Below, piece after piece: positions 38,646-52,609 of a DNA stretch of 64,000 nucleotides (its first letter is position 1; each line of letters begins with the position of its first letter). A model generated the notes under the pieces. It was given only the letters and a program-made list of their open reading frames with translations, was not told the DNA's origin and searched no databases. Source of the stretch: Fistulifera solaris (Eukaryota); the NCBI GenBank assembly GCA_030295235.1, contig AP026138.1:744001-808000 (forward strand), written 5' to 3'. The translations under genes were made by a program, and so were the position numbers.

Positions 38646-41600
38646 ATGTTTGGGATGAAGTTACTCGGCAGTACGGGAAAACGCACAAAAAGCGGTAGCG
38701 CATCCGTCGGAGGAGAAGTTGTCAAAAAGCAAGAAACGGAGGTGTATATTCGACCCGATGGCAAGAAAGTTCGACGCGTTAAAACGACAATTGTACGGAC
38801 GAAGTCGTCGGATAGCAATTCGGGTGATATCGCGCAAATGCGCAGCAGTTTAGCCAATACACTCGATTCCGGAAATTCCGTCAAACCCAAAGTCAATGCC
38901 TCCGCCACCGTTCACGGATCCACTCCCGCTTCTCGCGGTATCAAAGTAGCGCAATCTTTTACCGAAGGCGAAGTTTATATTCGTGCGGACGGAAAGAAAG
39001 TGAGACGAGTCAAGAAAATTGTTGACCCTAAATCAGTAAACGATCTCATCCCACCGGAAGCCGATAAGAAAGCATCTTTATCGGCTTCCCTTTCCAATAT
39101 GTTGAATTCTCCGGCTTCGCCCAGCGGCACAAAGAAAAGTGGTGCAGCGACGATAGGAGGAGCCCGAGTCCCAGAGGGTGAGATATACATTCGTCCCGAT
39201 GGAAAGAAAGTACGGAGAATTATTAAGAAGGTTGTGCCGGCGGACGAGGCAAACTCTGCCAAAGCATCCTTGACGGCGAAACTAGGAACTCCTACAAAGA
39301 GTGGAGCAGCAACCGTAAGTGGAGTACCGAGACCAGTGGAAGGTGAAATTTATATCAACAAAGATGGCAAAAAGTACGTCGCGTCCCAAAGAAATCGACC
39401 GCTTCTGTCGCGCCTGCCGGAGATAGCTTGGCGGCGAAACTGGGGTCCAGCATCAAAGCCGCTCCTTCCAAATCGGGCAGTGCCAGTGTGGGTGCGGTTC
39501 CGAATCGAAAAATTCCGTCGCGTGCCATTTCCTATTCCGAAGGAGAAGTTTACATCCGCGCGGACGGTAAAAAGGTTCGCCGTGTCAAGAAAAATCCGGC
39601 GTTGGGTGTTCATGCTTTGTCGCTGGCCGAAAAGGACCAAGCATTGTCCAATATGTTGGAAAATCCATCCGCTACTCCCGTCAAGGCGGGTAGTGCGTCG
39701 GTGGCCGGAGGACAAGTCGTGATCAAACAGCAAGTGGGGGAAATTTACATCAACGCCGACGGAAAGAAAGTCCGCCGCGTACGAAAGATTGTGACCAAAC
39801 CAAAGGATGGAGCTGCCACGCTTGCGGGACATATGGATGGAACGGCGAAAGTGGCCGGTCCCAGTGGTGCTGCGACGGTGGCCGGGAAGCCGCAAGAAGG
39901 AGAGATTTACATTCGAGCGGACGGCAAGAAAGTGCGGCGCGTCAAAAGAAGAGTGAACCGAAAACAACGACAAAGACCATTGCTATTGCCAAGCCCAAAG
40001 CGAAGGATGATACTTCATTGTCGTCGAATACCTCGCTGAACAAATTTAGCAAAAAGAAATCATCCGATGGTGCTTCCGTGACATCAACGACGTCGTTGAA
40101 TAAGTTCAAAAGAAGAAATCGTCGGATGGTGCTTCCGTCACATCGAAGACATCCGTCACTAAAGTCAAGAAGAAGAAATCCTCTGACGACGCTTCGGCTG
40201 TTTTGAAACCCAATGTACAAGGGAAAGCCACCAAGGAGGATGACGATGGATTCATTACGTTAACAATTGCGAAGCCCGATTCGAGTTCATCTGCGGAAGT
40301 CACCGGGGCTGCGGAGTCAGTCGATGGATCAATGTTACTTGACAGCTACCTAGGCAAGCTCAAGAAGTCAAAGAAGAAAGCGTCTGGTAGTGCCACAGTG
40401 ACCGGTGCAATCGAGAAAACGACAAAGACATCCAAGAAGAAGGCAGGCGTTCTTGCCGTTGGAGACGATGAATCGGTTGTCGCACCAACAATAGAAGAAC
40501 TCAAGACTGGGAAGAAGGCGAAAGACGACACTGCGCAGGATAAGCCTACAGAAAATGGCAGTGCTCTGGATGGATTTCTTGATAAAAGAGAGTTTCACGG
40601 AAAGGTAAAAGCGGGGCTGCGTCTGTTTCTGGAGACCAAGTTGCTAGTAAAAAGGGCCCCGCGATAGATCTGAGGGAAGAATTCAGAAAGCTAAGAGAGC
40701 TGCGAGAAAAGGCTCAGGCCGCTTCCAAAGCAGCCGAGGCTGTAGAAATGTCCGAGGATGACAAAGGAATAGCTAGCAAGTATGTAAAGATGAAGCAGAT
40801 GGGACTGCCTGACGACGCCTTGAAACATAAAATGGTTCAAGACGGAGTCACTGAAGGTATCATTTGTGGCGTGCTTGGATCAGTGAAAGCAGAGGTATCC
40901 GACATTGGAAGTCGACGCGCGGAAGAATCGGAAGAACCACTATCTAGTCCAGAACATCTAAAGCAGCTTGACAACGCGGAACAAGCTATTGCCTCAAAGT
41001 ACGAGAGAATGAAGAAAATGGGGCTCCCCGTTGATGCACTTCGGCATAAAATGACGCAAGACGACGTTTCTCCGAAGATCATTGCTGCTGTTATGGGTGA
41101 CGAAATCAAAAGGCAAACGATCCGCAGACAGCGCAAGAATCAAATCAATTGGCTACTTTGTCTGAGGACGAAGAGGGAATTGCGGACTATTACCGTGGCA
41201 TGGGACTGTCCGACGACGCCCTTCGCCAAAAAAATGACCCAGGATGAAATAGACTCCAAAATTATTGCCGCGGTCATCGGAGACGAAGCGAAACATGTAG
41301 CAGAATCGTCTACTACTTCGCCGCTCTCTGCAGAAGAGGAAGTGATCACGAACAGCTACAGTAAAGTGCAGCAAATGGGATTGCCTGACGATGCAGTTCG
41401 ACACAAAGTGGCGCAAGATGGCGTCACACCAAAGCTTGTTCCTACTACTATGGGTAAAGAATGCAGTGAACCTACGCCCCTACTCTCAGAAAAGCGCGAT
41501 GAGTCTAAGGACGCTGTTCAGGAACAGTCGTCTCAGGATGAAGTCGACACAGCAGTTGCAGCTGCACCCGCTTTGAGTCTATCAGCAAGCGTTGAAGAGC

Positions 41601-44596
41601 AACCTCAAATTAGCAGCAATCCTCTTTCAACCACTGGTGCAGCCTTATCGAACGATGAAGAAGCCATTGCTGAAACTTACCGTAAGATGAAGAAAATGGG
41701 CCTACCTGAAATTGCAATTCGACACAAAATGGGCCAAGACGGAGTAAATGATAGAGTGATCGCTGCAGTATTTCAAGAATCGATGCCCGAGCCTGCATCT
41801 GTTACTCCCGTCCCTGATTCTAATAAAACCGACGGAACCACACCAACGTCTGATGAGGAAGCAGTCGCTGACAATTATCGCAAAATGACGAAGATGGGTT
41901 TACCAGAAGAAGCCGTCAGACACAAGATGGATCAAGATGGTGTCAGTGACAAAGTTATTGCTTTGGTTTTCGGTGAATCAACTTCTAATCCAGGTGGGCC
42001 AGCGATTGGTCCTGTGTCGACAACATCCAACTCTAGTCTAAGCGAAGAAGAAGAGGCATTAGTCAGCCAGTATGCGAAGATGAAGAAGATGGACATGCCA
42101 GAGGAAGCCATCCGTCATAAAATGATGCAGGACGGCGTTGACTCGAAAATCGTGTCAACCGTCTTCGACGAACAGCCGACCGAGAAGCTAGTAGATACTT
42201 CGAAGCGTTATGCGTTGAGCGTTGATGGGCCAAAGGAAGAACACATTCTAAACGAAACGTTTGAGGTTGCGCTCGACCACGGAGAACGGACGGAGAATGG
42301 TAAAAAGAAGTACGAAACGAAGTTCATGTCATTAGAAGACATCGCACGACTTTCAGGACAGAGCAAAGAAGCTTTAGAGCAGTTAATAAAAGACAAGAGA
42401 AAGAACTCGGAGAAAATCCCCAAGTTTGTTTTGCAGCCTCTTGCAGACGATGAACCGTCGGAAGGTGACATGTTTGAAGTTGAGGTACCCCGTACAAAAC
42501 GAGGTGAAGGAGGGGCCGATTTTACTGCTGCCAATCCAAAGCTGAAAAACGCCGACCCGCAAAAAACTTAGAGAGGTTCAAGATGGTCAGGAAGTTGTGG
42601 GATCTGACTTAGCGAACGCGGCTCGCGCTGTTTCGGCTCTGGGTGAAAAAGATGTGTCTGCGCTACTTGCACAATTGCAACAAGGCGATATGGGTGCATT
42701 ACTGAAGAAAATGCAGAAGTTAGAAAAGCAACTTGCCCAGGCTGGTATTGCAATCGCCGAAGATATCGATTACGACGAAGCCAACAAGAAGGTCGCAGAA
42801 ATAGCCGCCCGCATGGCCGAAATCGGTGGAAGTGACGTCACGCATCCTGATAAAGAAGTCCAAAACCGTCTTAGAGAAGAGTATTTTAAGCTCGAGCAAG
42901 AGATGGAACGCTATAGCACTGCTTTGAAGCTCACTGAGGAGTATCAGGCGGAACAAGAGCGAATGGAACGTCTCTGGGAGGAAGCGAATGATGGACCCAA
43001 CGAAATTGCTCTTCGTAAGATTCGCCGTCACATGCCAGTCAAGATCAGAAACATGAGTGAGGCTGAATTGACGAATACCCCTTCTCCAAATGGAAAGTTT
43101 CTTCCTCAAGCCATGGCTAAGAAGTTTAAGCGCACGAATATCTTGCAGTTGCTCCGTGTAAATCCCGACGACATAGAACGAATGCACCCCGCCTCACTGG
43201 AAGGTATGCGTGTGACAGGACTTACTCTAACAGAGCGGCGAGCAATTTACGCTCATCTCAAACCGTTGGGACCAAAGTGGGAGAAAAACAAAGCGGAAGC
43301 GATGACGAAGAGGAAGCATGAATGGTTTAAGATGCTTAAGTTGAACTTCAAAGAGAATGTTGCGCCATACCAACGGCATGTCGATCAATACGGACCACCC
43401 GAAAACCACGTCGGTTGCCCATTGATAGGAAAACAATGCCCCATCAAAGCAGACAAAGTAATCGATTATGACGGGGATTATGGCTGGACTCCCGAGGCCG
43501 AGTACGAGGTTTCACAAGTGACGAAAGCAGATTCTGACGACCCTGGTGCAAAGGCCATGCAAGAAGCTCGTGAGCTTGCGCGCGAAAAGAAAGCGAACGA
43601 GCGCGCTGATTTGCTCAAGAAGCACTATAAAGGAAAATTATTACAAGTTTCCAAAGCGAGTGGAAGTTGCGAGTCAATGGATGAAACAATGGATAAAATG
43701 GAGTTTGCCATTGGTCGCTGGATTCAATTCATTATTGAAAAGGAAAGGATGAATCCGAAGCGGACAAGAAGAAGGAAGTTGCCAATTTCACCGATACACT
43801 CAACGACATCAAACTGGGTATACTGGACTACTGCAAACGATCGGGTATGCAAACTTCTGGAAAGAAAACTGCCGGCGGTGATGGGCCCGATATCCGAAGT
43901 GCTATCGAATGTGGTCTTGCCGTGGAGGTGTACGAGCATGGTCAAGAGTTCTTCAAGTTTATCAAGAACCGACTAACAGAACTTGATGCCAGAGACGCCC
44001 GTGTGGAAAAAACTATTGAACTGTTAGAGACGATGCTTTCTGAATTGAATGAAAAGAACAAGAGCACACTTGCCAGCCTCGGTGTACCATGCCCGGACAA
44101 GTCCAGGAAACTCAAGAAAGCTGCGGAGATTCGAAAAGAGATTGAAGAGAAGATGCAGCCCAGCGAAGAAACACCCGCAGAGGAAGATTCACCAAGTCCC
44201 AGAGGCCCACATGGTGGCGGGGGCCGAGGTGGTTTACTCGGAGAAATAGCTGGCCGAGGAGGTCGCGGTGGCTTTTTGGACTCTATCAAGGGTGGCCGCG
44301 GAAGAGGCGGCGGACGTGGTGATCTTCTTGCAGGCATTGCTGGACGGGGAAGAGGCGGCCGTGGTGCCGGGGGCGATGGGGGCGGCCGAGGAGGCCTCCT
44401 TGCTGCTATTCAAGGCCGAGGTGCAGGTGATGCTGGAGGCAGAGGAGGTCTTCTTGCTGCCATTCAAGGCCGAGGTGCTGGCGATACCGGAGGCCGAGGT
44501 GGTCTTCTTGCTGCAATTCAAGGTCGAGGTGCCCCAGATGCCGGCGGCCGAGGTGGTCTTCTTGCTGCCATTCAGGCTCGCGGAGGCGGAGGTTAA
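38646..44596 (+). CDS. Large (~2000 aa) modular repeat protein, probably cytoskeleton-associated, reconstructed across several frameshifts
   Basis: Consecutive overlapping + strand ORFs (38646-39722, 39428-40039, 40018-40206, 40203-40667, 40748-42571, 42597-43976, 43847-44596), with breaks mostly at A runs. Contains 7x GE(V/I)YIxxDGKKVRRV, 7x YxKMxKMGLPxxAxxHKMxQDGV and C-terminal GRGGLLAAIQ repeats. Confidence 0.75.
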
Positions 44597-45007
44597 AGTG
44601 GACGATATTATTGGTATTTATCGCTTCAATAACAATGCCACACATCAACATGGGCTTCGAAATTCATTTGGCTCTTTCCTTGCGTCGTCACGGGCAACCC
44701 TGCCCAACCGTAGAAGAGGAGGCATCATCTTTTCACATCGAAACACATTGACCTTTCATGAACAAAAGGCAAAATAATTTTACATACAAGTACTTGCTCC
44801 GTAACTGATATAAGAGAAGAGAACTTACTTATCAAATCAAAATAGATAAACTAAGGATATCAGATCTATTTTTAGTTAATCGGCTCAATGGATAAAAACC
44901 AGCTTCATGGCACTTTCATATTCTGCTTCTTGAACAAGGACTAAATTAGAGAAGACTGTGTGAAAGGAAACAAATTAAATTCAGAAGTATATTAACAAGG
45001 AAAGAGC

Positions 45008-46089
45008 TTAAGAGACAAGGGCATCGGAAGCAGCAGACAGGTTGATTTGGGCTCGTGACAACTTTGTTCGCAAGTAGTAGACGTATCCGGCAAGCAGAAC
45101 GGACAAAGTGGTGAAGAGACCGATTGCCACGGCAGCCGCCTTACTCTTGCCCCTGCTCGACGTTCGAATCACACCGTCGTTACGAATAACTTTTACACCT
45201 TCAATGTAGTTGCAGGAAGATTCGTTGGGATAATCGATGTTCATGCGGGTCTCGCATTTTCCAGAAACTTGATAAACGTTCGGGCACACTTCTCTGCTTT
45301 GCGCGTAACCATTGTCGTTCGTTTGCGAGCAAGCTAAGCATTTTGTGCTAACAAGGGAGCTGGAAGAATACGGAAGCGCATATCCCATCGCATTGTAGAA
45401 CATATCTGGACCGTTTTGAGAGAATGTAGTGCACGTGTCATCAGTGAAAACTCCCAATCGAATTTCGCCGCCTTGATCGGCGCAATAGGGCCCGATGTAA
45501 TACACAGTCTGGTCGTAGTTATTGTTGAACTGGAATTGTTGGCACTGTGTGTATTGTTGTGCCTGAAACCCCTGGTTCTGGCCGTACTGTTGACAATCGT
45601 ACTCGCTGAAAGCCTGATAACAGCCCGTCCAGCAGTCCTCCGAATTTCCGTTTCCACATTGGTTGTTGCACATTTCCTGGGCGTAGCCGCACTTCTCGTC
45701 TCTTTCCTGAGCAATCGTTTGCATGTAAGATTGCAAGAATGTACTCATATCGACAATATAATCACCGTACTTGGAACGACAACCGACCGACTTTTCGTTG
45801 CTGCAATCATCCGTAGGGCACAATCGGAAGCGAGCCAGTCGCTTGGTCATGACTCGAACGTTGCTGCCTGCATCAGCATTGGCGTTCCATTGTTGAATGT
45901 GATGACATCCTTGGAATTTGATAGAATACTGATTCAGGAAATTGAAACTGTTATCTTGCTGTTGTAACTCACGGTCTGCGCCGGCGGCCGCCAGCAACTC
46001 ACGACCCTGCGCCGAATTTGCCGAGATACCGGCAGCGATGCTGCTACCGATAGAGATGGCGACAGTCAAAAGGGAATTGATAGAATCAT
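45008..46089 (-). CDS. Sin1: Silicanin-1 family type-I membrane protein (silica deposition vesicle membrane), frameshift at 46068-46071
   Basis: Signal peptide MILSIPF(L)TVAISIG, RXL pro-motifs (GREL, DRELQ), an N/Q-rich Cys-rich lumenal domain (SIKFQGCHHIQQW, RLARFRLCP, YGDYIVDM, YYIGPYCA), one TM helix and a short tail YYLRTKLSRAQINLS. Confidence 0.85.
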
Positions 46090-46594
46090 TCTTCGTTTGT
46101 TCTTGTTCGAATGCTTTGAACGAACCTTTATTGTCGAGGAAGATGCGCGCGATGTTTGTGTTTTTTAGTGTGCGGCGATTATCAATCGACGTTTTGATGA
46201 GCGATTTCTCTTAAGTCCAAAACCACATCTCTCATTGCTACCTACGGGCATGTAGATTCGAAACACGTGATGTATAGAAGGCAATGAAATGAATTACCCT
46301 AAATAAAGCGTGCCGATTATGTCGCATCACCACCAGACAAAGTGATTTCTCGACTATCGCGTAAAGAGAAGAACACTTTTTGGCTTGTACCTGTATAACC
46401 TTATGAATTTTCGAAATACGACTCAGTTGATTATCAGTCCCGGAAAGTTTCCATTGACGTTCGATGAGGCCAAAGAGCGAAAATAAACTTCTAAGTTTCA
46501 TGTCGTTAATTCTAACGATTAAGGTGCTTTTGATTCCGTCAGATTTCATCGAAGTAGACTAACAAGAGCGTAATATGTATTCATTACTCAGAGT

Positions 46595-49500
46595 TTAGTC
46601 TTCTCCATTTTTTGCTTTACTACCAAGTGCAAGTATGTTTTTGAAAGCAAATTCAGATCCGCCTTGCTGTTGTTCTTGGGATCGTGCGCCTCCTCCGGCA
46701 GCTTTTGCAATACGAACGACATCAACTGGGTTGGGATCCAACTTGTGTCTGTAGATAGAAGAGCTAAGCTTTTCCCATCTTCCAAACCATTCGTACAGAA
46801 CTTTGACAAGAGCTTTCCACGCAACAGGCAACAGACCACCCTCTTCCGATAAGTGCTTCTCCATTCTGCCAAACATAGAACTAATCTTTTCTTTGAGAAT
46901 GTCGCGATTCGCTTCTTTCGTAAGCAAACGCACAAACTGATTCTTGGGAATATTTTTAGCAACTTCACTGTCTCCAACATTCTTCCGTAATTTCGATACC
47001 CTGGAAAGAGATCGTGTAGAGCAGTGAACTCGCGTTTGATCATCCAACCCAAATACGCATCTGTGCTATCTTTGCATATGGTATTTGCCTTCGCAATTTG
47101 CTTCGCAAATAGCTCTTCCATGATTGATCCGCGTTCTTTCATTGCCTGCGTGAAATAATATGTATTTTCCATCAACATAACGTTCGCGCCATACTGTTTG
47201 TCAGTTGATTCTCTGTTTGCGCATTCTCGCAAACTGTCCAGCAAAGCAGATGCCATCTTTTGCATGTAATAGTTGATGACTTTAATTCCAGACAGATCTG
47301 GATTAAAATCTGCAGGACGCCCTTCTCTGTAGCAATGCATCACATGGTCCAAGAAGCATGGAAAACGCATGAAACTTGGAAAGACACCAACTCGCTTTGC
47401 TGCAATCGGTACTCCGTCGTTTGAACGGATCCATTCGATCTGTTTTTCTACCCAATTGACCCACTGTTTATCCGCAGTCTTTCGAAGATCGAGAATTGTT
47501 GCACGAACGTAAGCAAGCGACAGCGAATGATCACCGCCTTTCTTTTCTCGGTCGATGTAATTGTCCATGATCTCGTTCAAATAGATAGACGAAATCAAAC
47601 AAAGCATAGGATCGGTTCTCGGTATCTGATCAGGTGGTAGATTGCCCTCCAACTCCGGAGATTGGATGCCGCACGTTCGACTGATGTAATATCTGAAATG
47701 CTGAGAGGCTTTGTCCACCGCAAGCTTCGAGTTTTCAAAATTGCGTTTCTTCTCGCGCCCGTCTTGATCCTTCGAACTGTTTCCGAAAAGAGCCGACGTG
47801 AAATAGGCTTCACGCGCAATGACTGGTAGAAGTTCTGTCAACGCTGCTTTAATGTCATTGGCATTCACACCTTGATACTTTGCAGGTTCACCGGGTGAGG
47901 GTGGGGAATAGTCCTTTATGTCTTTACCGATTCGGGTAAGATACGCCAAATTTTTGCCCGGGAGAGCTTGAAAGTAACCCTTCATGCGCTTTTTTCATCA
48001 GAATGCCTTCAGCTACCATTTCGGCATACGATTCTCTCAACGCCGGCAGCATTTCAGGACTGAGAGCCGCAAGCACTTCGATTAGTTTTAGATAGCCCAA
48101 TAAAGCAGACTGAAACTTCCTCTGGGTATCGCGAATCTTTCGAGCAATCTGAAAGTTAAGGGGAAAAGTTAGATCTGCTTCAAAACAAAACAACGTTTAT
48201 CTCTGCAGATACTTACGATAACGTGTGTATCATTCTTCGATACCTTTCCATTATCACTTCCAGCAACAACTTCTGTTTTGAACTGTTCCATGACCGTTAC
48301 AATAATCTGCGCCAGCTGCCTGCAAAATGTCATCGACAAGGTTGTTAATCCCTTCGCACGTTGGCTCACAGGTCGTAAGTGCATTCCACCAGTTTTACGG
48401 GGGTACTCAATGGCCTCTTGGAGTGCTTTGCCTGCTTCGTAAATTTGCTCAACGCCGTGTTCGCTCTCCTCGACATCCACCATCCCGTCCTCATCGTATA
48501 CGAGATGCTGGGCCGGATTCTTTAGAACCTCTTCCAACTCTTCATGAATATCTAATCCTATCAGCAAGTGTCTGATTTCCGAGCCAAGCATCTCATAAGA
48601 CTTCCACTGTTGTTCCAGTTGGCGGTTCTCCTCTTCAATGTCCGCACAATCATCAGTCAATGGTTTAATTGCTGCCGCTCGATCTTGAAGCCACTCCTCC
48701 ATCTGCAACAATTCTGTATCGAGCGACTCCAGCATTTTGAAGAGCGACGCTAGGGCGAGTGCATCAACGCTGTCTCTCGTGTCTTCTTCGGGCTGTCCAC
48801 TCATGAATGCCAATTTGTGGCTTCGACCCGCTGCTTTCTCGTCTTCCCAAGCAATCAAACGACGGCAAGTTTCTGCTTCTAGATCGCGCATGCGGCTTTG
48901 CAACATAAAACTCAATTGCTCGGCAATACTCCAAACCGCGGCTTGGTCTGTATCAAGGTCGATCGAGTTCAAGATTTCCTCAGCATCTTTGCGTTCCTCT
49001 TCCGACTGAAATAGCGTGATGCGAGTCGCAAAGTTGCCCATCATCAAGTCATAGGCCATGTTATCAACTTCTTCCAAATCGACCTTCTCTTCGCTATTCA
49101 ACTCAATTTTCTGCTGATGGTGCGCCCCTGGTTCAATTCCCAGCATAGCCCGATGCCTTTCCAACAAAACAGGAAGGACTTCTGACTTTCGTAAGAACCC
49201 ATTCACCGTTGCCACATACTGTAGTTCGGCTCTATCCAAGTTGCGTACGTTCAGTGGCGGAAGAAAGGTCCGTTCCATACCAGCCGGAAGATGTTGCGCA
49301 TTGTGTTCTACCACCGAGACACATAACATCGCATGAATCTGCAGTAACGACCAAATAAAGCGTTCTTTATCCATAGAGCCTTCCGCTTCTTGGTATTCAT
49401 TTTTGGCATCGGCGTGATCAAAGTCAATACGCAACGTATCGCCGTTGCGAAACGCTAATTGCACCACGGTCGAATGCAAATCTTGGACCGTAGTCAACTG

Positions 49501-50760
49501 ATCCAGTCGTATCAACTTGCGGATATCGGGTGCAGTCCCGCTATGATGAAGCGTCATGAATACCAAGACGGGGAACGACGAAATCTCCTCTTCAGCTGGA
49601 GCCGCCGCAACAGTGGGGATGCCTGATTCGTCCCCCGGTGCACTCTCCTCTCGGGTGGAACTATTCATCTTCGAGTCGGAGCTTGCTAACTGCGCAGACT
49701 TGCTGTCATGCATCGAATCTGAAACCGACAGATCTTCCGTTCCGTGGCCTTCTGGAGCAAACATGGCATCGTAATCATCACGCTCGGACACGTCTTCCAC
49801 TTCCCGTGTGGCTTTCTTGTTTTCTTTTGCGTAGAGCGGAGCTACCAAGGGCTTGTTGGTGGACCTTGCCACCAACACATATCGCAACTTATTGCGTCCT
49901 TTTCCAGTCGTCCCTCCGTACAAGCCCAGCGAACGTTTGTGCGACTTGAAGTTTCCGGGATACTGTAGGGCGGACATGGCAACCGCTTCCGTCCCCTGAC
50001 TTTCAAAGGACTCACAGCGGAAACACATGAGCGTTTCCTGCTGCATTGTTTCGGGATACCCTTCCATGACGGTGCCTCCAATCGAGTATCGATCGACTTT
50101 TAAGGGAGGAACGACCACCCGCGCGGCGAAATTGGCCACGTGCGTCAAGTTCTTGGGATCGGTGATTCGTTCCACGGTGGCCCCGAATTGAGCGTTCAAG
50201 TTACTATTTGCCGTTGCGGAAACGCGATTGAACAAAAAGTTCCGATTCGGATCTTCTTCTTCCATCCCTCCCACATCAATCCTCGACAAGATGCGATTGA
50301 GACGATTCGTCCCGGCTGATTTTTCAATGTGACGTGTCTTACTATTCGAGGGAGCATTCATCTGCATAGCATCATCCCCATTCTCAGAATCGTCATCCTC
50401 ATGATGCATTCTGGTATTTCTATTTTCTAATTGCGTGGATTCATCATCGTTTTGATTCTCGGAATCGTCTTCTCCATCCTTGCCGTAGACACGGTAAACC
50501 GGACGTGCGACATTATCTAAATCAACTTGGTGACGCACCGCACGTTCTCTCGTCTTTTTCTCTCGATTACTCTTGGCTTTGTCGTCGTCTTCTTCCTCCT
50601 CATCGTCATCGCGATCACGTCGACGCAGCCTTAATTTGGCCGGAAAATTGACCTTGAGATCAAAGCCGCCCGATTCTTTTTGTGCTCCTCCTTCTTCATC
50701 GTTATCATCGTTCCCGCGACCCTCTTGGCTCTTGCGGAAAATACCTCGAACGCCTTTCAT
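46595..50760 (-). CDS. SEC3: Exocyst complex component Sec3 (EXOC1), intron ~48150-48215, frameshifts ~47990 and ~47003
   Basis: PH-like segment (RKLIRLDQL...FIWSLLQI), coiled coil LESLDTELLQMEEWL...IEEENRQLEQQ, C-terminal VMLMENTYYF and RMEKHLSEEGGLLPVAW. Confidence 0.8.
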
Positions 50761-51183
50761 TGCATATAATTGTGAAAGAAATGAGTGATCGGAAGGTAAC
50801 CTAATAACAATGGGTAGAAACTCTCATTTGCATACATGCAGCATCTGCGGAGCAGTCGGTTGAATTATTGCGAGGTGCAGTGCAGACAGCACGCAGCGCG
50901 TTGCGATCTTCCACCTTCCACCGTAAGAAAAGCTATTTGGGTACCGCTTTTATTTTCAACGGAATTGCTTAACCTGTATGTATTAAGTAAAGTCTGTAAA
51001 ACTGTCGTAGTGGCTCTGGATTGGATTCGTATTCCCCCCATAATAAAAAAAAGCGTGCGTTTTCGCAGCACGAAAGAACATCGATCCACTTTCACTATTA
51101 CAACGAACCAGAACAAAAAGTTATTCTCACATCTTATCTTCGCCCAACACAATTATCGATTAACGAAAAGAATTATCATTCGT

Positions 51184-52480
51184 ATGCCGACATTCGAAGC
51201 CGCCAGTCCAGCAGGAGAGTCAACGACCGAGTTTCTTTTGTACTCGGAAGAAGGAGGAGGAGGGTTCGGAACCTCCACTTCCACCGCGGAAGAAGAGGCC
51301 TTCTCATCGCCTGTTGTGTATCGCGAAGATATCAGCAATAGTCAGAGAGAACAGTTGTTGTATGATGAAACAAATGGTTCCGTCAATCGCGTACGACTCA
51401 CGAGTTCCGGGGAAGAATTACACAGCCTTCGTCGCACGTTGCGAAGATCGTTTTCCCAACGACGACCGTCCCATTTGAACGGATTGAACTATCTGAATGT
51501 AGTGACATATGCAGCACATTTGTTTGTTTCCTACGGTATTGGGATTTGGGGATTGAATCATATTTTGGAGACACGATGGGAAATTATCATGAAATACGAA
51601 ACACTCGTCACGCCCGCGCACTGGGCGTATTACTTGTGGGCTCCCATTGTCATTATGGAAGGATTCTTTTCGTTGGCGCAGCTGCTTCCACATTATCGAG
51701 CGAGAAGTCTCATTCAAGGTACGCTTGAAAAGTGTCGGATGTGCCGCACTTGACACCGAAATGTCTTTAACATTCAGACATACAGATGGCACATCCTTTT
51801 ACTTCTTTTACACTTTTGTGATTCAGACCGCTTGGACGTTCTTCTTTTCATTTCAACTTTTCATCTTGTCATTCATTTCCGTCGTCGGTGCACTACTGTC
51901 ACTCCTCTCTTTATTGGCGTCGCAGCACAAGTCTCTACTTTCCGAACGGCGACGAAACTTGGTCGAATACACGCTCTTCCGTTGTCCTTTTTATTTGCAT
52001 ACTGGGTGGATGGCATTGATGACGCTCGATCACATGTGTCTGTTGGTGCGGCGATACGCACCGGAACACGTAGGGATGCAAGTGGCGGCGGATATTCTGG
52101 CACTGGCATTCATGTTCGCCGTTGCCATTGTTCCCTTGACACTGTCAACTCCCGTCTGCTGGCCACAACAAGATTTTATCATCCCACTTGTTGTTATATG
52201 GTACGTCGAGGGAACATTCGTTGCTTTCCAGTTTTCAAAATTTGCGAAACCTCACGCGATTGGTTGTGTATTTGTTTCTAGGTCTTATATTGGCATTGCT
52301 TGGCATTTAGAAGAGCCCAGCGAGACCATGATCGATATATACGGTGAGGTTATTATTCACGCAGTCAAGTATGGATCGTATTTCTTGGCAGCTGCGTCTA
52401 GTTGCTGCCTTGTGCCGTGCGTTGTTGTTTGGCTAGCCCGTGAATTCTGTACGATTCGAATAGTTGAACTCGATGACTGA
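51184..52480 (+). CDS. Multi-pass membrane protein, TspO/tryptophan-rich-sensory-like, introns ~51719-51786 and ~52201-52281
   Basis: KYETLVTPAHWAYYLWAPI, PFYLHTGW and multiple hydrophobic helices. Confidence 0.65.
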
Positions 52481-52609
52481 AGGAATGGGCACTGAGAGCC
52501 GGTGCTACATGCTGAACGACACGAAATAATGACGATGCTAATAATCCAACGATCAACAAAGACAAGGCGCAATAATCTACTGTTAATTTTTATCTGAGTG
52601 AAATAGCAT

